Shown in pieces: positions 53,327 to 62,478 of a stretch of 64,000 bases of DNA (its first letter is position 1; each line of letters begins with the position of its first letter). The translations under genes and the position numbers were made by a program. The stretch comes from a virus. The stretch lies in the IMG/VR virus record IMGVR_UViG_3300047157_000162, positions 32,001 to 96,000 of that record; one strand, written 5' to 3'. The notes below the pieces were generated by a model that was not told where the DNA came from, did no database searches, and saw only the letters and a list, made by a program, of their open reading frames with translations.

Positions 53327-53644
53327 ATGGCTAGCATTATCAAAGCAAATATTAATTTAAACGAGATCCCTAAGGATAAAATATACAAAGGGAAAAAAGG
53401 ATCTTATTTACCAATCACTATCACTATCAATGATGAAGTTGATCAGTTTGGTAATCAAGGCCCAGTAGTAGTAGAACAATCAAAAGAAGAGCGCGAAGCA
53501 AAAGTAGCTAAAGTTTATTTAGGTAATGTCAAAGTCGTATGGACTAATGGCGATAACGTTGCAGCAGCTCCTAGAACAGATCAACCTCAGCAAGCGGCAC
53601 CTGCTCAATCGTTTGCTCCTCAAGAAGATGATCTACCGTTTTAA
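53327..53644 (+). CDS. Single-stranded DNA-binding protein-like
   Basis: Beta-rich body with Q/P/A linker and acidic tail EDDLPF. Confidence 0.7.
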   Translation: MASIIKANINLNEIPKDKIYKGKKGSYLPITITINDEVDQFGNQGPVVVEQSKEEREAKVAKVYLGNVKVVWTNGDNVAAAPRTDQPQQAAPAQSFAPQEDDLPF

Positions 53645-53751
53645 TGTATAAGAATAACGGAGAAACAGCGTGTCAAATATGTCATGCTGGTATGACTATA
53701 GAGGATTTTGAATTTTGTGACATATGTCCTCATTGTAGAGACGAAGAATAA
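53644..53751 (+). CDS. Zn-finger microprotein (35 aa)
   Basis: CQIC...CDICPHC. Confidence 0.45.
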   Translation: MYKNNGETACQICHAGMTIEDFEFCDICPHCRDEE

Positions 53752-53772
53752 TTAAATTAAATTAAATAACCT

Positions 53773-55488
53773 ATGCAAATAGAGACTACAGAGATCAATG
53801 GATTTGCGATTGACACGTTCAATCAGCATGGTCTAGAGCAAGGGAAGAAGCAGGGTGTATGCCCTGTTTGTTCTCATACTAGAAAACCTGCGAATAAGAA
53901 AGCGAAGTGTGCTTCTTATGACTGGGAACGGGGTCTCGGTACTTGTCACAATTGTAATACATCATTTCAACTTCATACTTACAAGCGTAAGGGTAAAGCT
54001 GAAAAAGTGTATATTAAACCTGAACCTATTGTTGTTGAGCAACCAAGCACTAAGGTTGAAGAATGGTTTAAAACAAGAGGTATTTCACAACAGACTCTCA
54101 TTGATTTAAAAATTAGTGAGGGTCCTGAGTGGATGCCACAGACCGGTAAAACCGAGAATGTAATAAAGTTCAATTATTTTATGGGCGGCGAATTAACTAA
54201 TGTTAAATACCGTGATGGAAGAAAGAACTTTAAATTATATAAGGGTGCTGAGAAAGTATTTTATAATATAGATAGTATTGTAGGATATGAATATTGTGTT
54301 ATAGTAGAGGGTGAAATGGATGTGTTAGCATTGCATGAAGCAGGTATTACAAACGCTATATCAGTTCCCAATGGAGCAACACTTAACTCCAATAACTTAG
54401 ACTACTTAGATAGTTGTATTGATTACTTTGAAGATAAAGAAAAGATTATATTAGCTGTAGACTCTGACGAAGCTGGACAAGCATTACAAACAGAGTTAAT
54501 TAGAAGGCTAGGATCTGAAGTTTGTTTTCTATCAACATTTGAAGATTGTAAAGATGCAAATGAATACCTACAAAAATATGGAGCAGACAAACTCACAGCT
54601 AGAATTACAGGAGCAAAACCAGTACCGCTTGAAAATGTTACTACTTTCAGAGACATCGAAGATGAGATTACTGACTTTGTTAGGAATGGTTTCAAAAAAG
54701 GATTTCAAGTTGGTCTTCCAAACTTTGATGATATCTTTTCAACTTATACCGGTCAATTTATTACTGTCACTGGTATTCCTTCTTCCGGTAAAAGTGATTT
54801 TGTCGACCAAATGGTTGTCGGTTATAATGCAAACTATGGCTGGAAAACAGCTTTCGCTTCGCCTGAGAATGTACCTACCTATCTGCACGCTCACAAATTA
54901 ATGCGTAAGACTTGGCAAGGTATGCCAACAAGAGATGATATCGGCGGCGATAAGTGGAATCAAATAGCTGATCACTGTAATAGTAATTACTTTCATATAG
55001 ATATGGAACGCTACACATTAGAGTCTGTTTTAAAGAAAGCGGCTGAACTTGTTAAGCGTAAAGGTATTAAATGCTTAGTAATAGATCCTTTTAATAAGGT
55101 TAGAGATGTAGATTGTAAGACGGAAGATGTTAATAGATACACTATGGAATACTTAAGCAAGATAGAAATCTTTGCTAAAAAGTTTGATGTACTTGTATTT
55201 ATTGTAGCTCATCCTACTAAAATGTATAAAGACAAAGACGGCAAGATTGAAGAGCCTACTATGTATAACATTAAAGGAGGTGGTGAATGGTACGATGCTT
55301 CTTATCACGGGCTATTAGTTCATAGAGATTATGAAGCTAAGACTGTTAAGTGTAAAGTTCTTAAGGTTAAGTTTCAAAACTTAGGAGAGAATGGTGCTGA
55401 AGCACATTTTAAATGGGAACCAAAGTCAGGTTGCTTTATACCTCACGAGCCATTAGATATAGGTGGTGAAAAAATGCCCTGGGAATAA
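53773..55488 (+). CDS. T7 gp4/Twinkle-like primase-helicase
   Basis: Zn finger CPVC...CHNC, TOPRIM VEGEMD and DSDEAG, Walker A GIPSSGKS, VIDP, VAHP. Confidence 0.92.
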   Translation: MQIETTEINGFAIDTFNQHGLEQGKKQGVCPVCSHTRKPANKKAKCASYDWERGLGTCHNCNTSFQLHTYKRKGKAEKVYIKPEPIVVEQPSTKVEEWFKTRGISQQTLIDLKISEGPEWMPQTGKTENVIKFNYFMGGELTNVKYRDGRKNFKLYKGAEKVFYNIDSIVGYEYCVIVEGEMDVLALHEAGITNAISVPNGATLNSNNLDYLDSCIDYFEDKEKIILAVDSDEAGQALQTELIRRLGSEVCFLSTFEDCKDANEYLQKYGADKLTARITGAKPVPLENVTTFRDIEDEITDFVRNGFKKGFQVGLPNFDDIFSTYTGQFITVTGIPSSGKSDFVDQMVVGYNANYGWKTAFASPENVPTYLHAHKLMRKTWQGMPTRDDIGGDKWNQIADHCNSNYFHIDMERYTLESVLKKAAELVKRKGIKCLVIDPFNKVRDVDCKTEDVNRYTMEYLSKIEIFAKKFDVLVFIVAHPTKMYKDKDGKIEEPTMYNIKGGGEWYDASYHGLLVHRDYEAKTVKCKVLKVKFQNLGENGAEAHFKWEPKSGCFIPHEPLDIGGEKMPWE

Positions 55489-55743
55489 ATGGGTAGTGGT
55501 AATAAAAAGAAAGCAGTTAATATGGGTAGCCCACCTCATAAAGAGGAACAGTGGGAAGCATATAGATGGTGCGTTAGAAATAATATATGTATATCAGCAA
55601 AAGCTAAAAACAATTCTGAATGGTATATAGATATAGTTAACAACGGTAACACCCATACAAGCCCTGAGACTTATGGTAAAAACGATATATGGACAAAAAT
55701 ATTTGAATACTCAAAATATTATTATGATAAACATAGAAAATGA
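55489..55743 (+). CDS. Hypothetical protein
   Basis: 84-aa ORF abutting helicase. Confidence 0.55.
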   Translation: MGSGNKKKAVNMGSPPHKEEQWEAYRWCVRNNICISAKAKNNSEWYIDIVNNGNTHTSPETYGKNDIWTKIFEYSKYYYDKHRK

Positions 55744-56556
55744 ATACAAAGGATTATTATCAGAAATACTCGACAAAGGAGTGGATAAATCAGATCGAAC
55801 AGGGACTGGGACGAAGTCTGTCTTCGGAAGAACGATTAGACACGATATGTCACTGGGCTTCCCTATACTCACAGGAAAGAAGATAAGTTTTAATGCAGCA
55901 AAAACGGAATTGCTTTGGATATTAAAGGTAGAACTGATCTTAAGTATTTAGAAGATAACGGTGTTAAATACTGGAGACCGGATTATGAACGCTCAGGTAG
56001 AACAGATGAAACATTAGGTCCTGTATATGGAAAACAGTGGCGTGATTTTAACGGCGTAGATCAACTAAAAAATCTTGTGTATAGCATTATAACAAACCCT
56101 GACTCAAGACGTCTTATGGTTAGCGCATGGGCTCCACATGAGATGAATGATATGGTACTTCCTCCGTGTCATTATGCTTTTCAAGTTTATATTAACGACG
56201 GTGTTATGGATTTAATGTGGCAACAAAGATCCGCTGATGTGTTTTTAGGTTTACCTTACGATATTACAATGTATGGTTTATTATTGGAAATGTTAGCTAA
56301 AGGTGCTGGTTTAAAAGCCGGTCAACTTATTGGTCAACTCGGTGATTGTCATTTATACAATAACCATTTAGAGCAAGCAAGGGAGTATAGAAGAAGATCT
56401 AAGCGCAAGCTTCCTGAATTAGATCTTAACTCTGGTATAAAATTAATTGAGTTTAATGACTCCTCTGAGTTATTTATACCAAATAAAGACAATATAAATC
56501 TAAAAAACTACAATCCTTATCCTGCAATCAAGGCAGAGCTGAGTGTTGGTAAATAA
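55724..56556 (+). CDS. thyA: Thymidylate synthase (frameshift near 55918)
   Basis: DRTGTGTKSVFG, GFPILTGKK, LGPVYGKQWR, LPPCH, QRSADVFLGLP, GDCHLY. Confidence 0.93.
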
Positions 56557-56563
56557 AAACAAT

Positions 56564-57361
56564 ATGACATATTATTTATACCATATTCCAGGTAAAAAAA
56601 TAGGAATAACACGTAATCTTAAAGATAGAGTTACGCGGCAACAAGGTTATACCGCAGACGAATACGAAGTTCTACTTACTAGCGATGATATAGATTATAT
56701 ATCTGACAAGGAAATAGAACTTCAAAAGTCTTATGGGTATAAAGTCGACAGACAAAAATATAATTTTTTAACTAAAAAATCAAATCGAATGAAATTAAAC
56801 CCTACAGACCAAACAACTACATTTCCAGTGCCTGTTTATAAATTAAGAGGTAACTTAATGGATAATATAGGCTTAAAGTGGGAGACACCTCAAGGTTATA
56901 AATTTGAAATAACTAAAGAAAATATAAATTGGATATTATTAAATGTTAAAACCTCTATGTATAACAACAATAGATGCTACATATATAATAAAGCTTTTAA
57001 TAGATATCTTAATGAATCTACAGATACAACAAATTCTACATATCCAGAAAAGTTATATTCTTATCAAGATCAATTTGAATTAATAAGAGAATGGGCTAGT
57101 GATAAAGGTATATATAGATCAGGCGATTCTAAAACTCAGTATATCAAACTAATGGAAGAAGCAGGAGAATTAGCTCAAGCTATATTAAAAAACGATGAAC
57201 CTGAAGTGATCGATGCTATTGGTGATATGGTTGTAGTATTAACTAATTTAGCTAAACTAAGAGGGCACAATATAGAAGACTGTATTAGCAGTGCTTACAA
57301 CGTTATAGCTAAACGGAAAGGCGAAATGATAAACGGAACATTTGTAAAACAAACCCTATGA
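56564..57361 (+). CDS. MazG-like NTP pyrophosphohydrolase with N-terminal GIY-YIG-like extension
   Basis: C-term KLMEEAGELA...DAIGDMVVVL; N-term YYLYHIPGKKIGITRNLKDR. Confidence 0.75.
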   Translation: MTYYLYHIPGKKIGITRNLKDRVTRQQGYTADEYEVLLTSDDIDYISDKEIELQKSYGYKVDRQKYNFLTKKSNRMKLNPTDQTTTFPVPVYKLRGNLMDNIGLKWETPQGYKFEITKENINWILLNVKTSMYNNNRCYIYNKAFNRYLNESTDTTNSTYPEKLYSYQDQFELIREWASDKGIYRSGDSKTQYIKLMEEAGELAQAILKNDEPEVIDAIGDMVVVLTNLAKLRGHNIEDCISSAYNVIAKRKGEMINGTFVKQTL

Positions 57362-57483
57362 TAACAAAAACTGAAACAAGATTACAAAAAACTAAAGAAC
57401 GGATTAGTAAGAAACCTATTAACAAACATCTTAGCTGGAGAAACAAAAGAGTAACTGGCTTTGATAAAAACTAAAATGATTAT

Positions 57484-57747
57484 ATGAATAAGCAAGAAAT
57501 AGAATTTAGAGATCCAGTTGTTCAAAGAGTTGTACAAAAATTTGTATCAAGATCAGACATAGGCTTTGCTAAGTACGGTGTAACATTAGAACAAGATCCG
57601 TCTAAAATGTTTGAATGGTTAAATCATTTACAAGAAGAGCTTATGGATGCTGTGTTGTATTTACAAAAAGCTAAAGAAGTTTATACTACTAATCTTCAAG
57701 AAGACTTGCTAAGTGATTTAGATGTAGATTATGAAAAAATTATTTAA
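57484..57747 (+). CDS. Small all-alpha protein, possible NTP pyrophosphatase-like
   Basis: RSDIGFAKYGVTL...HLQEELMDAVLY. Confidence 0.55.
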   Translation: MNKQEIEFRDPVVQRVVQKFVSRSDIGFAKYGVTLEQDPSKMFEWLNHLQEELMDAVLYLQKAKEVYTTNLQEDLLSDLDVDYEKII

Positions 57748-58189
57748 AAGAAAAAGCGGAAAGCGTGGACCAGTAAGAGCAAAGAAGGTGTCATATGATG
57801 GTATCAACTTTGCTTCGGGTCTTGAGAAATATATGTACATAGCTTTAAGAAAAGCAAAGATAAAAGCTAAGTACGAAGGAGAGACATTTGTTTTATTAAA
57901 TGGTTTTCATTTTGAAAATGAAGTTTATGAGAGACAAGCTAATGGTAAAGGTGATTATAAAAATAGAGGGTGCAAACGTATTTTACCTATTAAGTATACA
58001 CCTGATTTTATTGGCGAAGATTTTATAATTGAAACTAAAGGTAGAGCAAATGAATCATTTCCTATGAGATGGAAGTTGTTTAAGCAGCTTATAGTAAGGC
58101 AATTCCCAAATGTAACATTATACAAACCACAAAATCAAAAAGAATGCGACAAGACCGTAGAGTTAATCCTTTCGAAGCAAAGAGGATAG
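57731..58189 (+). CDS. T7 endonuclease I-like junction resolvase
   Basis: FASGLE, YTPDF, IIETKG. Confidence 0.85.
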   Translation: MKKLFKRKSGKRGPVRAKKVSYDGINFASGLEKYMYIALRKAKIKAKYEGETFVLLNGFHFENEVYERQANGKGDYKNRGCKRILPIKYTPDFIGEDFIIETKGRANESFPMRWKLFKQLIVRQFPNVTLYKPQNQKECDKTVELILSKQRG

Positions 58190-58629
58190 CAAGACAAAAA
58201 TACGCAGAGCGCCAGATTGACAAGTTTGTTAAATGGAGCTGGGAAGCTAAAGGCAAAGTAAGATCAATAGATATAGAACAATTACATAAAAGACATAATA
58301 TAATATGTACATGAAAGAAGACGAAAACGAAACAGCGTGGGTTATAGAAATAGGGTTTTATCCTGGAGTACTATTTGGATTTAGATCTTATATAGAAGAG
58401 GATATTGCTATACACGTTTTGTATCTACCATTTTTTGATATAGCTTTAAAAATATTCAAATAGTGGATGATAATTTAGAAAGCGTAGTGGCTGCAGTAGG
58501 CTTATTTATAGACAACGTATTGCATGATATGAAGAATGTATCTAAGTCTACAACAAAGCCTGTTATATTGGCTCATATAGATGCCTGGAAGAACGAATTA
58601 GAAACAATAAAACAATTTACAAAAACATA

Positions 58630-59583
58630 ATGGGATTATTTGATAAAAGAATACCTTATAAGCCTTTTGAGTACCCTGAGTATTATACTGAGGGTTGGTT
58701 AAAACAAGCTCAAGCTTTTTGGTTGCATACAGAAATATCAATGCAAAGCGATGTTAAAGACTGGAAAGAAAAATTAAATGAAAAAGAAAAAAACTTAGTA
58801 GGTAATATACTATTAGGTTTTGCTCAAACCGAATGTGCAGTATCTGATTACTGGACGCAAAAAGTAGTTGGTTGGTTTCCTAAGCATGAGATACAACAAA
58901 TGGCAATGATGTTTGGATCGCAAGAAACTATACATGCAGTTGCTTATAGCTACTTAAATGAAACTTTAAAACTAGAAGATTATGAAGCGTTTTTACACGA
59001 GCCTGCTACAGCAGAAAGATTTGATAATCTTGTATCTTATAGTGGGACTAATTCAATTGGTATTGCTAAGTCTCTCGCTGTATTTTCTGCATTTGCCGAA
59101 GGAGTTTCTTTATATTCTGCCTTTGCAGTACTTTATTCTTTTCAGCTTAGAAATTTGCTTAAAGGTATTGGGCAACAAATGAAGTGGTCAGTAAGAGATG
59201 AATCATTGCACAGTAAAATGGGTTGTACTTTATTTCGTCATATGTGCGAAGAAGACAATCAATTACTGAGCTTATGTCGAGAAGATATAATAAAAGCTGC
59301 AGAAACAATGGTTAATCTTGAAGTTAAATATATTGACAAAATGTTTGAAATGGGTGATATAGAAGGTATATCATCTAATGATCTAAAACACTTTATAAAG
59401 AAAAGAACAAATGAAAAACTTGTGGAACTCGGTTACGTTGACCTTGGAAACTATTTCGCGTATGACGACAAAGCAGCGTCTAATCTTGATTGGTTTTACC
59501 ATCTTACCGGGGGCGTCACTCATACTCGCTATTAGGCCGACTGATTATTCAAAAGCGGGAGAAAATGAAGATATATGTGGTAA
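58630..59583 (+). CDS. nrdB: Ribonucleotide reductase class Ia beta subunit (garbled 3' end)
   Basis: AFWLHTEI, QETIHAVAYS, AEGVSLYSAF, RDESLH; tail RPTDYSK in shifted frame. Confidence 0.92.
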
Positions 59584-59794
59584 TAATCTAATAAGCCAAA
59601 GAAATTTTAGAACTGAACGGACAGATTATTAGGCAAAAGGCTGCTTGGAAACGTTTAGCAACTAGAATAGGAATATGGGAGGATCGCTGCTATGACTATA
59701 GACATGTAGTAGTAATACGAGCTCTAAAAACAATGGAATCTAGTAGCTTTAAACAAATGGGCTATTGCCTGGATAATACACTCAATAACATAAT

Positions 59795-61507
59795 GTGAAT
59801 AATTGGAAAAAAGGAGAAGATTACCCTGCGTGGGGTAATAACGACGTATACAAGAAGACAATATCCGGGGGATATTTATACGACGGAGAAACGCCTAGAG
59901 AGGCATACCAAAGAGTCGCTAAAACAGTTGCTCGTAGGTTATATAAACCAGAGATGGCTGAAACGTTTTTTAATTATATCTGGAATGGTTGGCTTTGCCT
60001 TGCTTCTCCAGTGCTTTCCAATACTGGTACAGATCGTGGTCTTCCTATTAGTTGCTTTGGTATCGATGTTGCTGACTCTATACAAGACATAGGAAGTAAA
60101 AATTTAGAGATGATGCTACTCGCTAAGCACGGCGGTGGAGTTGGTATCGGTGTAAATCAAATTAGACCCGCTGGCGCTAGAATAACAGGTAATGGAACAT
60201 CAGATGGAGTCGTACCTTTCTGCAAGATATATGACTCAACAATTCTTGCAACTAATCAAGGGAGTGTCCGTCGTGGAGCTGCCTCAGTTAATATCAACAT
60301 TGAACATGGCGACTTCGAGGACTGGCTTGAAATCAGGGAACCTAAAGGAGATGTTAACAGACAATCGCTTAACCTTCATCAGTGCGCAATTGTTGGTGAT
60401 AAGTTTATGCGAAAGCTTGAACAAGGAGATAAAGAAGCAAGATCTAGATGGGGTAAATTACTTAGAAAACGAAAAGGAACTGGAGAACCGTATATTATGT
60501 TTAAAGGAAATGTTAACAAAGCAAATCCAGAAGCATATAAAGAAAACGGATTAAAAGTACATATGACTAACATATGTTCAGAAATTACATTACACACAGA
60601 TGAAAACCATAGTTTTGTATGTTGTTTATCATCATTAAACTTAGCAAAATATGAAGAATGGAAAGACACTAATCTTATATATGACGCCACTTTCTTTCTT
60701 GATGGAGTTATGGAGGAATTTATTCAAAGAGCCAAGGGACTTCGCGGGTTTGAAAATGCTGTTCGGTCTGCGCAGAAAGGGAGAGCATTGGGACTTGGTG
60801 TACTCGGATGGCACACCTATCTCCAAGAAAATGGTATTCCTTTCGAAGGTTTACTATCTCAGTTTGAAACTAGGAAAATATTTTCGCAAATTAAAATTGA
60901 AAGTGAAAGAGCCTCAAGAGACTTGGCAGAAATTTACGGCGAGCCTTTATGGTGTGTTGGGACAGGTATGCGTAATACTCATCTCCGTGCTATTGCTCCT
61001 ACTGTTTCTAATAGCAAGCTTAGCGGTAATGTTTCTCCTGGTGTTGAGCCGTGGGCTGCGAATGTTTTTACAGAGCAGAGTGCAAAGGGGACTTTCATTA
61101 GGAAAAACCCGACGTTAGTTAAACTATTAAAGAAACATAAACTAAATACAAATGAAACGTGGAATAAAATACTGGCTGACGGAGGTAGCATACAGGATAT
61201 CGATGCTTTGGATAATATCACTATGGGCCATGACATTCCAGTTAAAGAAGTTTTTAAAACTTTTAAAGAGATTAATCAACTAGAATTAGTTAATCAAGCT
61301 GGTCTTAGACAACAATATGTAGATCAGTCAGTTAGTTTAAACTTAGCTTTTCCTTCTGAAGCTACACCTAAGTGGTTGAACAAAGTTCATTTTGAAGCTT
61401 GGAAGAAAGGTGTTAAAACCTTATATTATACTAGAACAGAATCTGTTTTACGTGGTGATATAGCTCAGCAAGCTATGAATGAAGATTGTTTAGCTTGTGA
61501 TGGCTAA
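59795..61507 (+). CDS. nrdA: Ribonucleotide reductase class Ia alpha subunit (no ATP cone visible)
   Basis: SPVLSN, ISCF, TNICSEI, CCLSSLN, AIAPT, DQSVSLN, KTLYY, C-terminal CLACDG. Confidence 0.95.
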   Translation: MNNWKKGEDYPAWGNNDVYKKTISGGYLYDGETPREAYQRVAKTVARRLYKPEMAETFFNYIWNGWLCLASPVLSNTGTDRGLPISCFGIDVADSIQDIGSKNLEMMLLAKHGGGVGIGVNQIRPAGARITGNGTSDGVVPFCKIYDSTILATNQGSVRRGAASVNINIEHGDFEDWLEIREPKGDVNRQSLNLHQCAIVGDKFMRKLEQGDKEARSRWGKLLRKRKGTGEPYIMFKGNVNKANPEAYKENGLKVHMTNICSEITLHTDENHSFVCCLSSLNLAKYEEWKDTNLIYDATFFLDGVMEEFIQRAKGLRGFENAVRSAQKGRALGLGVLGWHTYLQENGIPFEGLLSQFETRKIFSQIKIESERASRDLAEIYGEPLWCVGTGMRNTHLRAIAPTVSNSKLSGNVSPGVEPWAANVFTEQSAKGTFIRKNPTLVKLLKKHKLNTNETWNKILADGGSIQDIDALDNITMGHDIPVKEVFKTFKEINQLELVNQAGLRQQYVDQSVSLNLAFPSEATPKWLNKVHFEAWKKGVKTLYYTRTESVLRGDIAQQAMNEDCLACDG

Positions 61508-61580
61508 AGGCTAAAAGTTATGACTTTTTTATACATATAATAATTAATATGTATAAATAATTAAATAATCTATACATATT

Positions 61581-61613
61581 AAAAAAGGGGCCTCATTATG
61601 AGACCCCTCTTTT
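61581..61613. terminator. Bidirectional intrinsic terminator between converging arms
   Basis: AAAAAAGGGGCCTCA-TTA-TGAGACCCCTCTTTT. Confidence 0.75.
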
Positions 61614-61687
61614 ATAGGAATTGTATGGTACGCCTGATAATCTTTTCTATTATAGGAATTGCAGGTATGGTACGCCTGATAATCTTT
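61613..61687. repeat. Two ~35-bp direct repeats
   Basis: TATAGGAATTG(CAGG)TATGGTACGCCTGATAATCTTT twice. Confidence 0.8.
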
Positions 61688-61701
61688 ACTCCTATTTACT
61701 T

Positions 61702-61971
61702 TTATTTATTTCTTTTTATATTGGATGCTCTTTTACCCATTCCAACTCTTTTCTTTTCAGCTACAGCTTTTTTCTTTTCAGCTGAAGACATTTCACTCCA
61801 AGTCTTAACAGTTTCACCGCTAATCCTTTTACTAGGTCTACACTTCTTAGTGTTTTTATTTTTAGTAGATCCACAAGGGTTACCTTTTTCGTCAGTCCAT
61901 TTTTCTTTAAACCAACGCTTAAGGTTTGCACCTTCTTTTGTTTTTCTAACAAACAACGGTGACTGTCTCAT
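61702..61971 (-). CDS. Small basic protein
   Basis: LKRWFKEKWTD...CG...KCRP...KTWSEMS. Confidence 0.65.
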   Translation of the reverse strand: MRQSPLFVRKTKEGANLKRWFKEKWTDEKGNPCGSTKNKNTKKCRPSKRISGETVKTWSEMSSAEKKKAVAEKKRVGMGKRASNIKRNK

Positions 61972-62108
61972 TATTTTTTACCTTTATTTTTTCTACACTT
62001 AGCTATTGCTCCACTTGCATACGCTGAAGGAAATACTTTGTATTGCTTCTTTACCTTATGGTAACATGCGTCTTTTAATTGGAATGGTGATCCTTTTGTT
62101 AGTTTCAT
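61971..62108 (-). CDS. Small basic protein (45 aa)
   Basis: MKLTKGSPFQLKDACYHKVKKQYKVFPSAYASGAIAKCRK... Confidence 0.6.
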   Translation of the reverse strand: MKLTKGSPFQLKDACYHKVKKQYKVFPSAYASGAIAKCRKNKGKK

Positions 62109-62118
62109 AATTTTATTT

Positions 62119-62478
62119 TTAATAAGTCCATAATACGTTTTGTGCTTTATCTTTATCTATATCAGCGTGAATAAAAGTCTTAGCAATGCCAATTCTTTTA
62201 AATCCAACTTCTCTTAATATACCTTCTAATTTAAATCTGTCAGTAGAATTATTACATGCAATATCAACTGCTAAACCTTTTGTATGAGATGATTCAGGAG
62301 TGCCACCTACTTTAGCGTTATGTTTTACAGTTCTGTAACCTGAGTTAATAACAATAGATTTACCGTATTTTTTTCTAACAACATCAAGCATGTTAAGTAA
62401 TTCTTCATTCATTAATTGACCACTACCTTGAACATCTGGTGAATCAAACTCTTCGTATGTAAAGTATTTTAGTTTCAT
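62119..62478 (-). CDS. Peptidase M15 family endolysin-like protein
   Basis: SGYR, SSHTKGLAVDI, FIHAD. Confidence 0.88.
   Translation of the reverse strand: MKLKYFTYEEFDSPDVQGSGQLMNEELLNMLDVVRKKYGKSIVINSGYRTVKHNAKVGGTPESSHTKGLAVDIACNNSTDRFKLEGILREVGFKRIGIAKTFIHADIDKDKAQNVLWTY

Noticed and set aside
8610-59790. Many frameshifts in capsid, portal, tail, thyA, nrdB and others as pseudogenes or programmed frameshifts
   Set aside because: Mostly single-base indels at or near homopolymers in essential genes with intact sequence either side; best explained by long-read error
59525-59794. Odd interval between nrdB and nrdA as intron or mobile element
   Set aside because: Looks like deletion-rich low-quality sequence of the nrdB tail plus a small gene; no intron or endonuclease signature
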